Source of the DNA: Bacteriovoracia bacterium
GTDB taxonomy: Bacteria > Bdellovibrionota > UBA1018 > CAIPTA01
Direction of reading: 5' to 3'
Assembly: GCA_050246755.1 (NCBI GenBank)
Contig: JBFWVL010000004.1
Coordinates: 32,001 to 96,000, forward strand
Length of the DNA: 64,000 nucleotides
Shown: positions 28,226-37,365 of the stretch, in pieces
How positions within the stretch are numbered: position 1 is the stretch's first letter
How the letters are laid out: every line of letters starts with the position of its first letter
Made by a program: the position numbers and the translations under genes
The notes under the pieces: generated by a model
Seen by the model: only the letters and a program-made list of their open reading frames with translations
Databases searched by the model: none
Told to the model about the DNA's origin: nothing

Positions 28226-28648
28226 CTAGTACCAGCGGTAGTAGTAGTAGTTACAGTTGTTATACGGATTGTAGTAGTTGTAGTAGGCGTTATACGAATA
28301 CTGGTAACCGTAATAGTAGTACGTGGGGTACGAGTAGCTATAGTTATTCCAGTAGAAATACCAGCCGCTCGAAGAGCTGTCGTTATCGAGTTCACCGCGT
28401 TGCTTGTCCGTATTTTTCATGGCAATGAATTTTTTGCCATCAAAGTTTTGGGGTTTAGCGGCGAGTTTGCTGCTGGAGTGAAGAACCGACACTGCACCCG
28501 TGGCTTTGTCCACTTTCATTACCAGCGTTTGCGGTAGGTCGGCGGCGTGGCGACGAGCGTTTTTTACTTGGTCTTCATTGTCGAGTTCATTTGCGTAAAC
28601 AGAAGCCATTGGCGCGAGAGCCAGGGCCAACAATAGTACTAGTTTCAT
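28226..28648 (-). CDS. Secreted precursor-like protein with Tyr/Asn-rich C-terminal peptide
   Basis: GGAGG RBS; signal peptide MKLVLLLALALAPMASVYA; ELDN motif twice; last 46 aa contain 22 Tyr. Confidence 0.8.
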   Translation of the reverse strand: MKLVLLLALALAPMASVYANELDNEDQVKNARRHAADLPQTLVMKVDKATGAVSVLHSSSKLAAKPQNFDGKKFIAMKNTDKQRGELDNDSSSSGWYFYWNNYSYSYPTYYYYGYQYSYNAYYNYYNPYNNCNYYYYRWY

Positions 28649-28857
28649 GATCAACCTCCCCGTTGATTTGGTTATGTCTGAGGCGGCTAAATACCGCAAA
28701 ATGACGGATTGCGCAATTTGCAAATCGACCGACGCGCTCCATTACCCTGGTTTATTCTTTTTTCTTTAGTGATTTCAATAATTTGAATAATGCAGTAATA
28801 CGCCGCACTTACGTTGAGATCTCTTAAGTAAGTGCGCAAAAACACCGTTGGTAAGGA

Positions 28858-29283
28858 GTGAGATTCTTCACTTTCCTAATGGTGCTGATTTTGTCCGGAT
28901 GCGGAACTGCGATTCGTCCTTCCGTGACCAAAAATTCAGCCACCAAACCTACCGACGATTCCTTCTTCGTGATTCAGTTCGATCCGCCTTCTAGTTCGGT
29001 GGCCGCCATTCCCACCACAATTAATATTACTTTTAGCCAGACCGATTTAAACGTTCCCTCACTGAACGCCCTCACGCACTTCAATATGATTTGCAATGGG
29101 TTCGCTTTCGCCGCCGCGAGCGTAGTGTATTCTTCGGGAAGTATCATTACGGCCGTCACGATGCCGGCCATCACGGGATTTCCTTCGGGCACCGTTTGCC
29201 AATTCATCGTTTCGGCTAACCTGCAGAATTCCGAGGGAGTGCACCTAAGCGGTTTACGTATGGCCGAGTACCGGCTGTTGTAG
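28858..29283 (+). CDS. Lipoprotein with Ig-like (Big_5-type) domain
   Basis: Lipobox LSGC; DPP...PTTINITFSQ...VSANLQNSEG pattern. Confidence 0.6.
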   Translation: MRFFTFLMVLILSGCGTAIRPSVTKNSATKPTDDSFFVIQFDPPSSSVAAIPTTINITFSQTDLNVPSLNALTHFNMICNGFAFAAASVVYSSGSIITAVTMPAITGFPSGTVCQFIVSANLQNSEGVHLSGLRMAEYRLL

Positions 29284-29440
29284 GCCTAATCTGGCGCTCT
29301 TTTTCCGAGAGATCCATGCGCAGAACGTTTTATTTATTTCAAGTTCTAGTAAGCCTAATTTTATTTTCATTTGCGCCATGACGCACCATTTTTGGGCGCT
29401 TTTCCTTGTAAGCCACAGCGTGGTGCCTTACCGTTAAGCC

Positions 29441-30052
29441 ATGAAATTCGGCCCCAAAATCCTCTGCCTCTTCGCGATGGTAGCCTTATTTCTTCCTGCC
29501 TTTTCTTCCGCCGAGCCGCCACGCCGGAATTTCTATGGTTCGCTCGCCGGAAAGCTTGGGTACGGCAAAGCCTCTTCACTGGACGGCACTTCCGTTCCTT
29601 CGCGCGTGATGCTAGTTCCGGCGCTGGAAGGCGTGCTCGCCCTGCGCTGGAATTATTTCCTTTTGGGAGTGGGGGCCGAGTATGCACTCTGGCAGCAATA
29701 TACCAATCCAAGCGGGCTCGCGGATTCCAACGTGCAGGGAGCTATGATCATCGCTGGGCCGGTGCTGGGAATCTCCGCGGGTAGCGTGCGCCTGCTCGCG
29801 CGGCTTTTTCCTCTTTATTCCTCCTACGATCTTTCCCGGCCGAGTGTTTTGGGTGTGAAGCAGGCATATACCTCGGCCGCTCAGCTTGGGATTCAGGTGC
29901 ACTTCCAGTCGGCGGGATCTTCCTTTTGGGGAATTGAGTACGCGAAAACCGAATTCTCGAAACGAGAGGCTCTCGGAACAGAGTTCACGCTGGCGGCGGG
30001 AAACGAAATGCAATTCAAGACGATAGGGGTGGTCTATGGCTTCTCTTTCTAG
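29441..30052 (+). CDS. Outer-membrane beta-barrel protein
   Basis: Signal peptide, alternating beta strands, C-terminal VVYGFSF BAM signal. Confidence 0.7.
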   Translation: MKFGPKILCLFAMVALFLPAFSSAEPPRRNFYGSLAGKLGYGKASSLDGTSVPSRVMLVPALEGVLALRWNYFLLGVGAEYALWQQYTNPSGLADSNVQGAMIIAGPVLGISAGSVRLLARLFPLYSSYDLSRPSVLGVKQAYTSAAQLGIQVHFQSAGSSFWGIEYAKTEFSKREALGTEFTLAAGNEMQFKTIGVVYGFSF

Positions 30053-30617
30053 ACGCGTGCCTCTTCCTATTTTTTTGCTAGTTATTCTTATTCTTTTTTC
30101 TGCCTGCGGGCAGAGCAAAGGTTATAGCCCCAACTATTCTGGCGGCGGCGCCGCATCGAAAATTAAATATAAAATTTTTGTGACCACGAGGAACGACCTT
30201 TCGGGCGCTTTGCTGGGCACGGCCGGCGCCGACCTTTATTGTAATGCCGATGCCCAAGCCGGCAACGATACTTACAAAGCGCTCATCAGCGTTACGAGCC
30301 GGCAAGCTCCTTCCGCGGACTGGCCGCTAAAAGCGAATACGACTTATTACCGCATCGACGGCACTACCGAAATCGGGACCACCACTGCGGGCGCGATCTT
30401 CTCTGGCACGCTCACCAATTCGGTGAACGCTAGTAACAGTACGGTGTGGACCGGGCTCAGTTCTGGTTTCATTGGGAATAACGAGTGCAGTGGTTTTACC
30501 TCCACGGTAGGGACGGCGCACACGGGACAAAGCGACCAAACTTCGGTGGCCAGTATGATTTCCAACGGCACGAGCAACTGCACCTCCACGCTAAGCCTTT
30601 ACTGCGTTCAGCAGTAA
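30036..30617 (+). CDS. DUF1554 (endostatin-like) lipoprotein
   Basis: Lipobox FSAC; KIFVT...GADLYC...YKALI...DWPLKANTTYYR...VWTG...LYCVQQ. Confidence 0.8.
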   Translation: MASLSRRVPLPIFLLVILILFSACGQSKGYSPNYSGGGAASKIKYKIFVTTRNDLSGALLGTAGADLYCNADAQAGNDTYKALISVTSRQAPSADWPLKANTTYYRIDGTTEIGTTTAGAIFSGTLTNSVNASNSTVWTGLSSGFIGNNECSGFTSTVGTAHTGQSDQTSVASMISNGTSNCTSTLSLYCVQQ

Positions 30618-30620
30618 AAT

Positions 30621-30652
30621 AAAAAAGCCGCTGAAACGAATTTCAGCGGCTT
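30621..30652 (-). terminator. Rho-independent terminator between convergent genes
   Basis: 12-bp stem AAGCCGCTGAAA/TTTCAGCGGCTT, 4-nt loop; the A-run on the left gives a U-tail on the minus strand. Confidence 0.8.
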
Positions 30653-30691
30653 CCCTCTGCGACATTGTTAAAGCAATGCCCGGCAAATTAT

Positions 30692-31033
30692 CTAAGCAGT
30701 TTTGCGGTTCGGCTTGCGAACGTCTTCTTGGATGCCGGAATCTTCAAGGGTCGTTTTTTGGTCGTCGATTTCATCGGCGTCCACATCTTTTTGTTCGCTG
30801 CTCACGTCGAGCTCTTCGTCTTCGATATCAGAGTCTTTCATGGAGTCGCGGGGCGAAGATACCTTTTGGGAATCTTTCTGTCCAAATTTGTCCTGGGCTT
30901 GTGCGCCGGCAAACTGATGCTTGTCTTGGCCTTTTACCACGTCTTGACGAGAGTCTTGGCGGTTGCCTTGGCTCTGCCCGGACTGTTTGCCATTAAGGCC
31001 TTTTTGATTTTGTTGATTTTGGTTCTGTTGCAT
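30692..31033 (-). CDS. Small hydrophilic Gln/Asp-rich disordered protein
   Basis: AGGAG RBS, upstream sigma54 motif, downstream terminator; low-complexity Q/N/D/K sequence. Confidence 0.65.
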   Translation of the reverse strand: MQQNQNQQNQKGLNGKQSGQSQGNRQDSRQDVVKGQDKHQFAGAQAQDKFGQKDSQKVSSPRDSMKDSDIEDEELDVSSEQKDVDADEIDDQKTTLEDSGIQEDVRKPNRKTA

Positions 31034-31100
31034 AAATTCTCCTGATTATTAGTGGTTTCCGTTCACATATTCCCGATTCACGTGAACTCAGGGGAGGAAG

Positions 31101-31116
31101 TGCAAGCCCGGGGCCA
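31101..31116 (-). promoter_or_regulatory. sigma54 -24/-12 promoter
   Basis: Minus strand TGGCCCCGGGCTTGCA upstream of 31033. Confidence 0.6.
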
Positions 31117-31200
31117 AAAATAACTAGACGACATTTTTGACCTATTCACCGCGGATTCGAGGCAAAATTTCCCGGCACAATATCTGCTTTTGCGGTGCCC

Positions 31201-31392
31201 ATGATGTTGCAACTCAATCCATCGATTCCGGTAGATACCCCAAAAGGAAAAGGGCAGGCCGCTTTTTTGATCGATTACAGCTCGGAGCATGACTTGTATT
31301 GGGTGGTATTCGTCGACGACAGCCGTGAGTGCTGGACGTTTAACAATCGTGAGATTCGCATTCAGGGAAATTATACGCTCGGGCGGCCGTGA
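31201..31392 (+). CDS. Small hypothetical beta-rich protein
   Basis: MMLQLNPSIPVDTPKGKG...LIDYSSEHDLYWVVF...ECWTFNN; globular composition. Confidence 0.6.
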   Translation: MMLQLNPSIPVDTPKGKGQAAFLIDYSSEHDLYWVVFVDDSRECWTFNNREIRIQGNYTLGRP

Positions 31393-31441
31393 TTCCCGCT
31401 GGCGGGAATCACGGCAATCAAACCGGAAAACTAACGGCCGT

Positions 31442-33340
31442 CTAGAAGCCGAAGCCCTTCAGCAGATTTTTCCCTGCACCGGTGGGACCAGGCTGCGCGC
31501 TTTTCTCCGCGCTGCTCATGGCTTTGCCGAGCTCTTCTTTGCTCTGTCCCAGAGATTTTCCGGGACCAGAAGTGAGGCCACCGAGGAGCTCGCGTACTTT
31601 TTTCTTATTGCCGCCGATTTTTTCGTTCACGAAGGAATCCAGTTTTGCCTTCGCCTCGCCTAGTTTAGCTTGCAGTTGTTTTTGGAAGCCGCCGCTAAGC
31701 TCGCGGCCCAGATTAGAATCGAGGCTGATATTGAATTTATCCCAGGAGCCCGTAACGTCGGCATTCATCGTCACGGCCGGAATGCCTCGGAGAACTGCGC
31801 CGAGAATTTCTTTTACGGGAACGGATTTTGCCTCGAAATCGAATTCCGGTTTCTCGAAACGGCTGCCGATTTTGATATTCAGGGATTGGTCGGCCAGCGT
31901 GGCGCTGAGGCTGCTGGAACCCATGGCGTTCTTCAGCCTGAACTTCACGCTCGGGGAATCGGAAAATACTTGGTCTACCACCGGGAAGGATCCGACCTTG
32001 GCCACGATGCTTTCCTTTGCCCGCTCCGTGGTGTGGTCTACGATGGCGAGGAAATCGAGGCCGGCAATTTTTTGTTTGGGAAAATCCCCCGCGAGGTGCA
32101 GGCGAGTGGGGCGGCCGAGTTCGGAAGGGCTCGAGGTGAGGTCGGTAAGCTGTCCCGACACTTTTCCGGCCCATTCGGACTGCGTGAGTTCCGAGCTGAT
32201 CGCGGCCTTCTTCAGCCAAAAAAGTGGATAGCCCTTGCTGATCGGAAAAGCATACGTGGTCCCTTTGCCGCGCTCGTGCGGGAGCAATTCTTCCCCTTGG
32301 GCTTTTTTCTTAGCGGCGATTTCGGCCGAGGTTTTCTTTGGCGGCATGTATTTGCGCGCGATCGCGATATATTTTCGCACACTGGTAAGGCGTTTTTCGA
32401 TTTGCCCCAGGAACAGCTGCGTGGAAAACTCTTTTGGGTCGATGCTCGGGATCTTGAGGCGCTTCTGCAAGTCGGCCACGTCTTGGGCGGCCATCTTTTC
32501 AAGGTTCGCCACTTCGGCCGTATACTTTTGCACGTCGCCGCTGAGCTGGCTCTGGGCTTGGTCTACTTGCTTGATTTTGGCTTGGGCTTCTCCCAGGATT
32601 TCTTTCGCCTGCTTGAGATTCTTCGCGATCTCCGCGGGATTTTTCGAATTCATGTTTAGGGCTTTGATCTTTTGCTCGAGCGCCTGAATCTCGGCGGGCT
32701 TGGGTAAGTCTTTGATCCGCTTTTCCCATTCGGCTTTTTTGTTCGTGAGCTCTTTTTCTAGCTCCAGCGCCCGCGCCTGAGCCTTCAGCTCTCCCTGAAT
32801 GTTTTTGAGCTGCTCTTTAGGATCGGTACCGGCCACCACCTCGGCGATATCGCCGAGGAAATTTCCGTTGAACTGCGCGCGGGTCTGCTGCATCACCTGG
32901 TCTTGCACCTTAGCCAATATGCCAGCGTTAGGCGGAGGGGGAGGCAAAACGTAGCCCGGCTTTTTCCGCATCGTATAAGGCTGGATATCGAGGATCGAAG
33001 CGTCTTCGATCGCCACTTTTCCGCGCAACAGGGCGTCCCAGATCATGGCGAAGCGGATATTCCCGATCTTCACGATATTTTGCGCCGGCTTATCCTTATC
33101 CGTTACTTCGAGGCCGTAGAGCGCGAAGCTCGCGCCCCAAAAAGAAGTCTTCACGCCGGCGATATTCACTTCGGCACCGTGCACTTGCGTGAGGCCGTAT
33201 TCCATTCCTTTGCGCAGGTGGAAATCGAAGAGAAAGTAGAAATAAGCCCATACCAGCGTGATGAGAAAGATCGATGGCACCAGCGTGCCCGTGCGAAACG
33301 GCCCTTTGGATTTTATTTTAGGTTCCGAAGTGTTTGTCAT
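31442..33340 (-). CDS. TIGR03545-family membrane-anchored protein
   Basis: N-terminal anchor, GAEVNIAGV, central coiled coil, YPLFWLKK; paired with the TIGR03546-like gene. Confidence 0.8.
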   Translation of the reverse strand: MTNTSEPKIKSKGPFRTGTLVPSIFLITLVWAYFYFLFDFHLRKGMEYGLTQVHGAEVNIAGVKTSFWGASFALYGLEVTDKDKPAQNIVKIGNIRFAMIWDALLRGKVAIEDASILDIQPYTMRKKPGYVLPPPPPNAGILAKVQDQVMQQTRAQFNGNFLGDIAEVVAGTDPKEQLKNIQGELKAQARALELEKELTNKKAEWEKRIKDLPKPAEIQALEQKIKALNMNSKNPAEIAKNLKQAKEILGEAQAKIKQVDQAQSQLSGDVQKYTAEVANLEKMAAQDVADLQKRLKIPSIDPKEFSTQLFLGQIEKRLTSVRKYIAIARKYMPPKKTSAEIAAKKKAQGEELLPHERGKGTTYAFPISKGYPLFWLKKAAISSELTQSEWAGKVSGQLTDLTSSPSELGRPTRLHLAGDFPKQKIAGLDFLAIVDHTTERAKESIVAKVGSFPVVDQVFSDSPSVKFRLKNAMGSSSLSATLADQSLNIKIGSRFEKPEFDFEAKSVPVKEILGAVLRGIPAVTMNADVTGSWDKFNISLDSNLGRELSGGFQKQLQAKLGEAKAKLDSFVNEKIGGNKKKVRELLGGLTSGPGKSLGQSKEELGKAMSSAEKSAQPGPTGAGKNLLKGFGF

Positions 33341-33845
33341 AGGTGCAATACCAGTTGTAAACGGAAGTGGCTTTGAGCAGCTTCCAGACTTTGGTTTCTT
33401 TGAAGCGGGCCACCACGGTCACGCGGTACTTGATGATCAGCGAGCGGGCGAGCACGAACACGAAGGGCGCGAGCACTAACGTGACCACTCCCGAGCCCAT
33501 CACGATGGAATTATTGAAGCGGGTGAGGGGAACGATGGGCATATTATAGAGCGTAGTGAAGAGGCCGTGGAGGGCATCCATCTCCAGCACCGCCGAGCCC
33601 ACTAGATCGAAGGCGGGATCTAGGAGCCACGCGACGAACTTGAAGAAAAAACAGGCGAGGAAAGCCATCCCGATTTGGATGCGGAAGACGAAGAGGCAGA
33701 GGAATACGAGCGCGCTCTGGAGCGAGAAAGCGGGCGTCATTCCGAGGATGAATCCGGCCGCAATTCCGGCGGCGATCTGGTTCTGGCCGGTTTCGGAATT
33801 CAGCATTTTCAGCAGGCCGAAGATCTGTTTTAAGAGCAGGGTCAT
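33318..33845 (-). CDS. TIGR03546-family (DUF2062-like) membrane protein
   Basis: LNSETGQNQIAAG, LYNMPIVPLTRFNNSIVMGS. Confidence 0.85.
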   Translation of the reverse strand: MTLLLKQIFGLLKMLNSETGQNQIAAGIAAGFILGMTPAFSLQSALVFLCLFVFRIQIGMAFLACFFFKFVAWLLDPAFDLVGSAVLEMDALHGLFTTLYNMPIVPLTRFNNSIVMGSGVVTLVLAPFVFVLARSLIIKYRVTVVARFKETKVWKLLKATSVYNWYCTYDKHFGT

Positions 33846-33970
33846 GGAATCCTCCGACTTCTATTGTCGGGGAGATTTTCCATACGTCAATGGGGAATAA
33901 GGATGACGCGGCGTTTAGACGGCGAAAGAGTTACGTGCGGAGGAGGAGGCAACTCCAGAATTTTGTGAGC

Positions 33971-35344
33971 TTAAATCGGCGCGCCCACGCCTCGGTGCAA
34001 AAGCTTGGGCTCCAGTTTTTCGGCGATGGACTTGGCGAATTCCGCGAGGCTCTCGTCGCGCGCGCCGAATACGATATAATTTTCTCCGGCTTTCACGTTC
34101 TGCATGATTTCTTCCCGGCCGGCGGTGGCCGCATTTTTCCCGAGAGCGGTAACGCCGTCGGCTAAATCGCTACTCGAAATATCTTTGGCCACGGTTCCGC
34201 CCACATAGAAAATCGGCAGGAGCAGCAAGCGATCCGAAGGGCGAAGATTCTTGGCGAATGCCTCGATGTATTCATTTTTCATCATGCGCGTGGGCGCAAA
34301 GCCGTGGGGCTGGTAGATATAGGTGATCGAATCCTTGATTTTTTGCGCCATCTGCATCATCGATTCGATCTTGTGAGGATTGTGGGCGTAGTCGTCCATC
34401 ACGAAGCTTTTGCCGTCGTTCAGGTACACGTCGAAGCGCCGGTCCACTCCGCGAAAAGTCTCGAGAGGCTTCACGAGGTCTTTGAGGGGAATTCCGAATT
34501 CTGCCAGCGTGGCCACGCAAGCAAGAGCATTGTACACATTATATAGGCCTGGCATATTTAGGATGAATTTCACCCCATTTACGATGAATTCGCTCGAGAT
34601 CGGCTTGAGCTGGAGGTTTTCGGCCCGGTAGCGGGCGGGCTGGGTGATTCCGTAAGTAACGGCATTGCCGAGCTTCAGTTTGGCGAGATGGGCATCATCG
34701 GCGTTCACCAAGGTTTTTTTCGCGGTATTGCCGGCCAGGATCGTGAACATCACGGCCGTCTTATCCACCGAGTGGTGGTCGAGCTCGAGATTGTGCAGGA
34801 TCGTGAATTCTGGTTTGTAGGAAACGATGCTGCCGTCGGACTCACAGGCTTCCACCACGAGGAGCTGGGAACTGCCGGCGATCGCGTTGCCGAGATTATT
34901 CGCTTCCTTGAACTGACTTACGCGCCCGCCGCCGATGAAATTCGGGGAAAGCGCGAGCTCCCGCATCATATAGGCCAGCAAGCCCGAGGTGGTGGATTTA
35001 CCGCTCGTGCCGGCCACGGCGAAGGTGCGGTGGCTGGAAACCAATTCGGCCAAAAATTCCGGGCGCATTTTGATCGGGATGCCGAGTTCCGCGGCTTTTT
35101 TGGGTTCCGGCAAATCTTTTTCCACGGCCGTGCTGAATACCACCTGATCGAAAGAAGAGTTAATTCCCGCGCCATCTTGAGGAAGAATTTTGATGCCCTT
35201 GGAAACCAGGGGGGCATAAGCGGGATGGTTTTTGTCGGTGTCAAAGCTGCGGTCGGAGCCCGAGATATCGTGGCCTTTATCGGCCATGAAAGAAGCTATC
35301 GCTGAAACACCGCTGCCGCCGATTCCGGAGAAAAAGATCTTCAT
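33971..35344 (-). CDS. MurC-like Mur ligase
   Basis: GIGGSGVS, AGTSGKSTT, EACESDGS, DH, DDYAHNP, YQPHG. Confidence 0.85.
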   Translation of the reverse strand: MKIFFSGIGGSGVSAIASFMADKGHDISGSDRSFDTDKNHPAYAPLVSKGIKILPQDGAGINSSFDQVVFSTAVEKDLPEPKKAAELGIPIKMRPEFLAELVSSHRTFAVAGTSGKSTTSGLLAYMMRELALSPNFIGGGRVSQFKEANNLGNAIAGSSQLLVVEACESDGSIVSYKPEFTILHNLELDHHSVDKTAVMFTILAGNTAKKTLVNADDAHLAKLKLGNAVTYGITQPARYRAENLQLKPISSEFIVNGVKFILNMPGLYNVYNALACVATLAEFGIPLKDLVKPLETFRGVDRRFDVYLNDGKSFVMDDYAHNPHKIESMMQMAQKIKDSITYIYQPHGFAPTRMMKNEYIEAFAKNLRPSDRLLLLPIFYVGGTVAKDISSSDLADGVTALGKNAATAGREEIMQNVKAGENYIVFGARDESLAEFAKSIAEKLEPKLLHRGVGAPI

Positions 35345-35521
35345 GAGGTCCTCGTTTGTTTATTGTATCGGGATTTTTCGGGTGCCTCCAAAGCTTGTTT
35401 TTAAGGAAGAAAAGAAACAAAAACCCGAAACCAGGTATCAAGATTGCCGCGTTTTCTCGGGTAGTCGATAAGCTGGCTTAGTAAGTGCTTCCGCTGATAG
35501 ATAGCCAAAATAGGAGGCAAA

Positions 35522-35986
35522 ATGGACTTACAGAATTTTAAAGCCAGTCTTCCCACCACCGAGGGGCGCGTTCCCGCGAATACGTCGGCGGCCGTCAATG
35601 CCCGGATTGAGTCCGATACTCTAAAGCGCCTCGATGCGATCGGTACCGATCCTGAAAAAATTGAAGTGCGTCTGCAAGAGATCGAGCAGGAATGGGATAT
35701 CGAGCGCATTCTCGAAGCAAACGCCGCGGCGGCCACGCTCGTGGGCGTGTCTCTGGGGGCCACGGTGAGCAAGAGGTGGCTGCTATTACCCGCGCTCGTG
35801 GCCGGATTTTTATTCCAGCACGCGGTGCAAGGCTGGTGTCCTCCGCTCCCGATCCTGCGCCGTTTAGGATTCCGCACGGCCCGCGAGATTGAGAATGAGC
35901 GCACGATCCTAAAATCGCGCCGGGGCGATTTGAAGAACTTGGAAATTTCTTTTTCCGGAGCCTCCATGAGAGCGGTGGAAGTTTAA
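35522..35986 (+). CDS. DUF2892/YgaP-like membrane protein
   Basis: EWDIERILEANAA...FLFQHAVQGWCPPLP...GFRT..EI; AGGAGG RBS. Confidence 0.8.
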   Translation: MDLQNFKASLPTTEGRVPANTSAAVNARIESDTLKRLDAIGTDPEKIEVRLQEIEQEWDIERILEANAAAATLVGVSLGATVSKRWLLLPALVAGFLFQHAVQGWCPPLPILRRLGFRTAREIENERTILKSRRGDLKNLEISFSGASMRAVEV

Positions 35987-36327
35987 TGAAGCAGCGGCTT
36001 ACCATAATTTTTTTGCTGCCCTTCCTGGCGGCCTGCACCACGGTAGAATTCGTGCGCAAAGACCTTACGCCGCAGAAAAAGGCCGTCGTCCGCTTTTCCC
36101 CGCCTTCGAGCCCAGAGCGGGAAAAGGACTATAAGGAAGAGCTCACGAGGAAAGCCTCCGAGTTTTGCGGCGGCCCTTTCGAGATCACCAAAGAATACCA
36201 GGCGCGGGAAGAAAGCGGTGGAACCGGAGTGGGCACGGGGGTAGGCTTCGGGGCGGGCGCCATTTTCATCGGCGGCGCAAGCCCCAGCTCTACGATGTAT
36301 AATTTCGTGGAGCTTAGCTGTAAATAG
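35986..36327 (+). CDS. Hypothetical lipoprotein
   Basis: Lipobox LAAC, Gly-rich GVGTGVGFG segment, Cys pair. Confidence 0.7.
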   Translation: MKQRLTIIFLLPFLAACTTVEFVRKDLTPQKKAVVRFSPPSSPEREKDYKEELTRKASEFCGGPFEITKEYQAREESGGTGVGTGVGFGAGAIFIGGASPSSTMYNFVELSCK

Positions 36328-36383
36328 CGAAGGTCGGGCGCCGCGCCATAACGGGAACTCACGCTTTGTGGTAGGGTGCCTCC

Positions 36384-37124
36384 ATGAAATCGCTCTTTAC
36401 CCGTAAAACCTTCCAATACTTCGATCTCGCCCAAAAGAATAATAAGAAGAAGGAATGGTTTCAGAAAAATCAGGACTTTTATCTTGAGAACGTGCGGGAG
36501 CCGTATGTTTTCCTTCTTCGGGAAATGAGCCATCGATTTCACGAGAAGTTACCGGGCATCGTGATGACCCCGAGAAAAATTTCCCGGCCTTTGCGGCCTC
36601 GGCCTAAGGCCGAGGCCCAGGGTTACGTGCGTGCGAGCTCCATGTTCTTTCTTGCCGAGAAGCAATACTCCATCTTCGAGTGGAATCCCGGGATTTATAT
36701 GAGCCTGGGCGACGAGAAAGACGACAACGTGATCGGCATGGGCATCTACGGCCCCTCTAGCCGGCAGATAAAGCGCCTGCGCGCGGCCTTCGCAGCAGAC
36801 TATAAAACCGTAGATAAAATTCTCGCCAATAAGACCCTGAAGAAGTATTGGGGTGCTCCTGCCGACGAAATGTACAAAAGATTTCCTAAGGACTATTCGG
36901 TAGACGATCCCGCCGCCAAGTACCTTTGGTACAAGCAGTTCTTTCTGCGTCGGCAATTTACCCGCAGGGAAGTGGTGAGCAAAGATTTTCCCAATACCGT
37001 GCTCCGCGCCTACGAAGCTGGGTTGCCGTTATTCGCATGGATTCGGGAAGCCGTGGGAATCTATAATAAGCGCGAAATGGAGCGTGAACGGGAGATGAAA
37101 CGGGATATAGTTTCAGAGTGGTAG
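36384..37124 (+). CDS. DUF2461 (TIGR02453)-family protein
   Basis: TFQYFDLAQKNNKKKEWFQKN...Y...VREP N-terminal signature; KRFPKDY. Confidence 0.75.
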   Translation: MKSLFTRKTFQYFDLAQKNNKKKEWFQKNQDFYLENVREPYVFLLREMSHRFHEKLPGIVMTPRKISRPLRPRPKAEAQGYVRASSMFFLAEKQYSIFEWNPGIYMSLGDEKDDNVIGMGIYGPSSRQIKRLRAAFAADYKTVDKILANKTLKKYWGAPADEMYKRFPKDYSVDDPAAKYLWYKQFFLRRQFTRREVVSKDFPNTVLRAYEAGLPLFAWIREAVGIYNKREMEREREMKRDIVSEW

Positions 37125-37143
37125 TTTGCAGAACGAAAATCAT

Positions 37144-37353
37144 CTCGGCGGCCCAAGGCTCTACCAGGAAAAATACGGATCGATCAGCATCCCTATGGCC
37201 CACGCTCCCTTTTCCATCGGCGCCGCCGAAAAGTACGCTTGGCTCCTGCGTATGAAAAATGCGGTAGACGCCCAGCCATTTGCCGAGGATTTTAAGGTAT
37301 ACCTCATGAAGCAGCTCGCCGTTCCCGCCGAGCGAGTACGAAACCGCGATTGA
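37144..37353 (+). pseudogene. C-terminal remnant of a group II truncated hemoglobin
   Basis: LGGPRLYQEKYG...AHAPFSIG..EKYAWLLRM matches trHbO F-H helices; N-terminal half absent (in-frame stop at 37108). Confidence 0.7.
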
Positions 37354-37365
37354 GAAGCTTGGCGC

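Noticed and set aside
28064-28537. Val/Ile-rich plus-strand ORF and Thr-rich 62-aa ORF over the (GTA)n-like region
   Set aside because: Antisense or alternate-frame shadows of the TAC Tyr codon runs; the Tyr-rich frame has the RBS and signal peptide.
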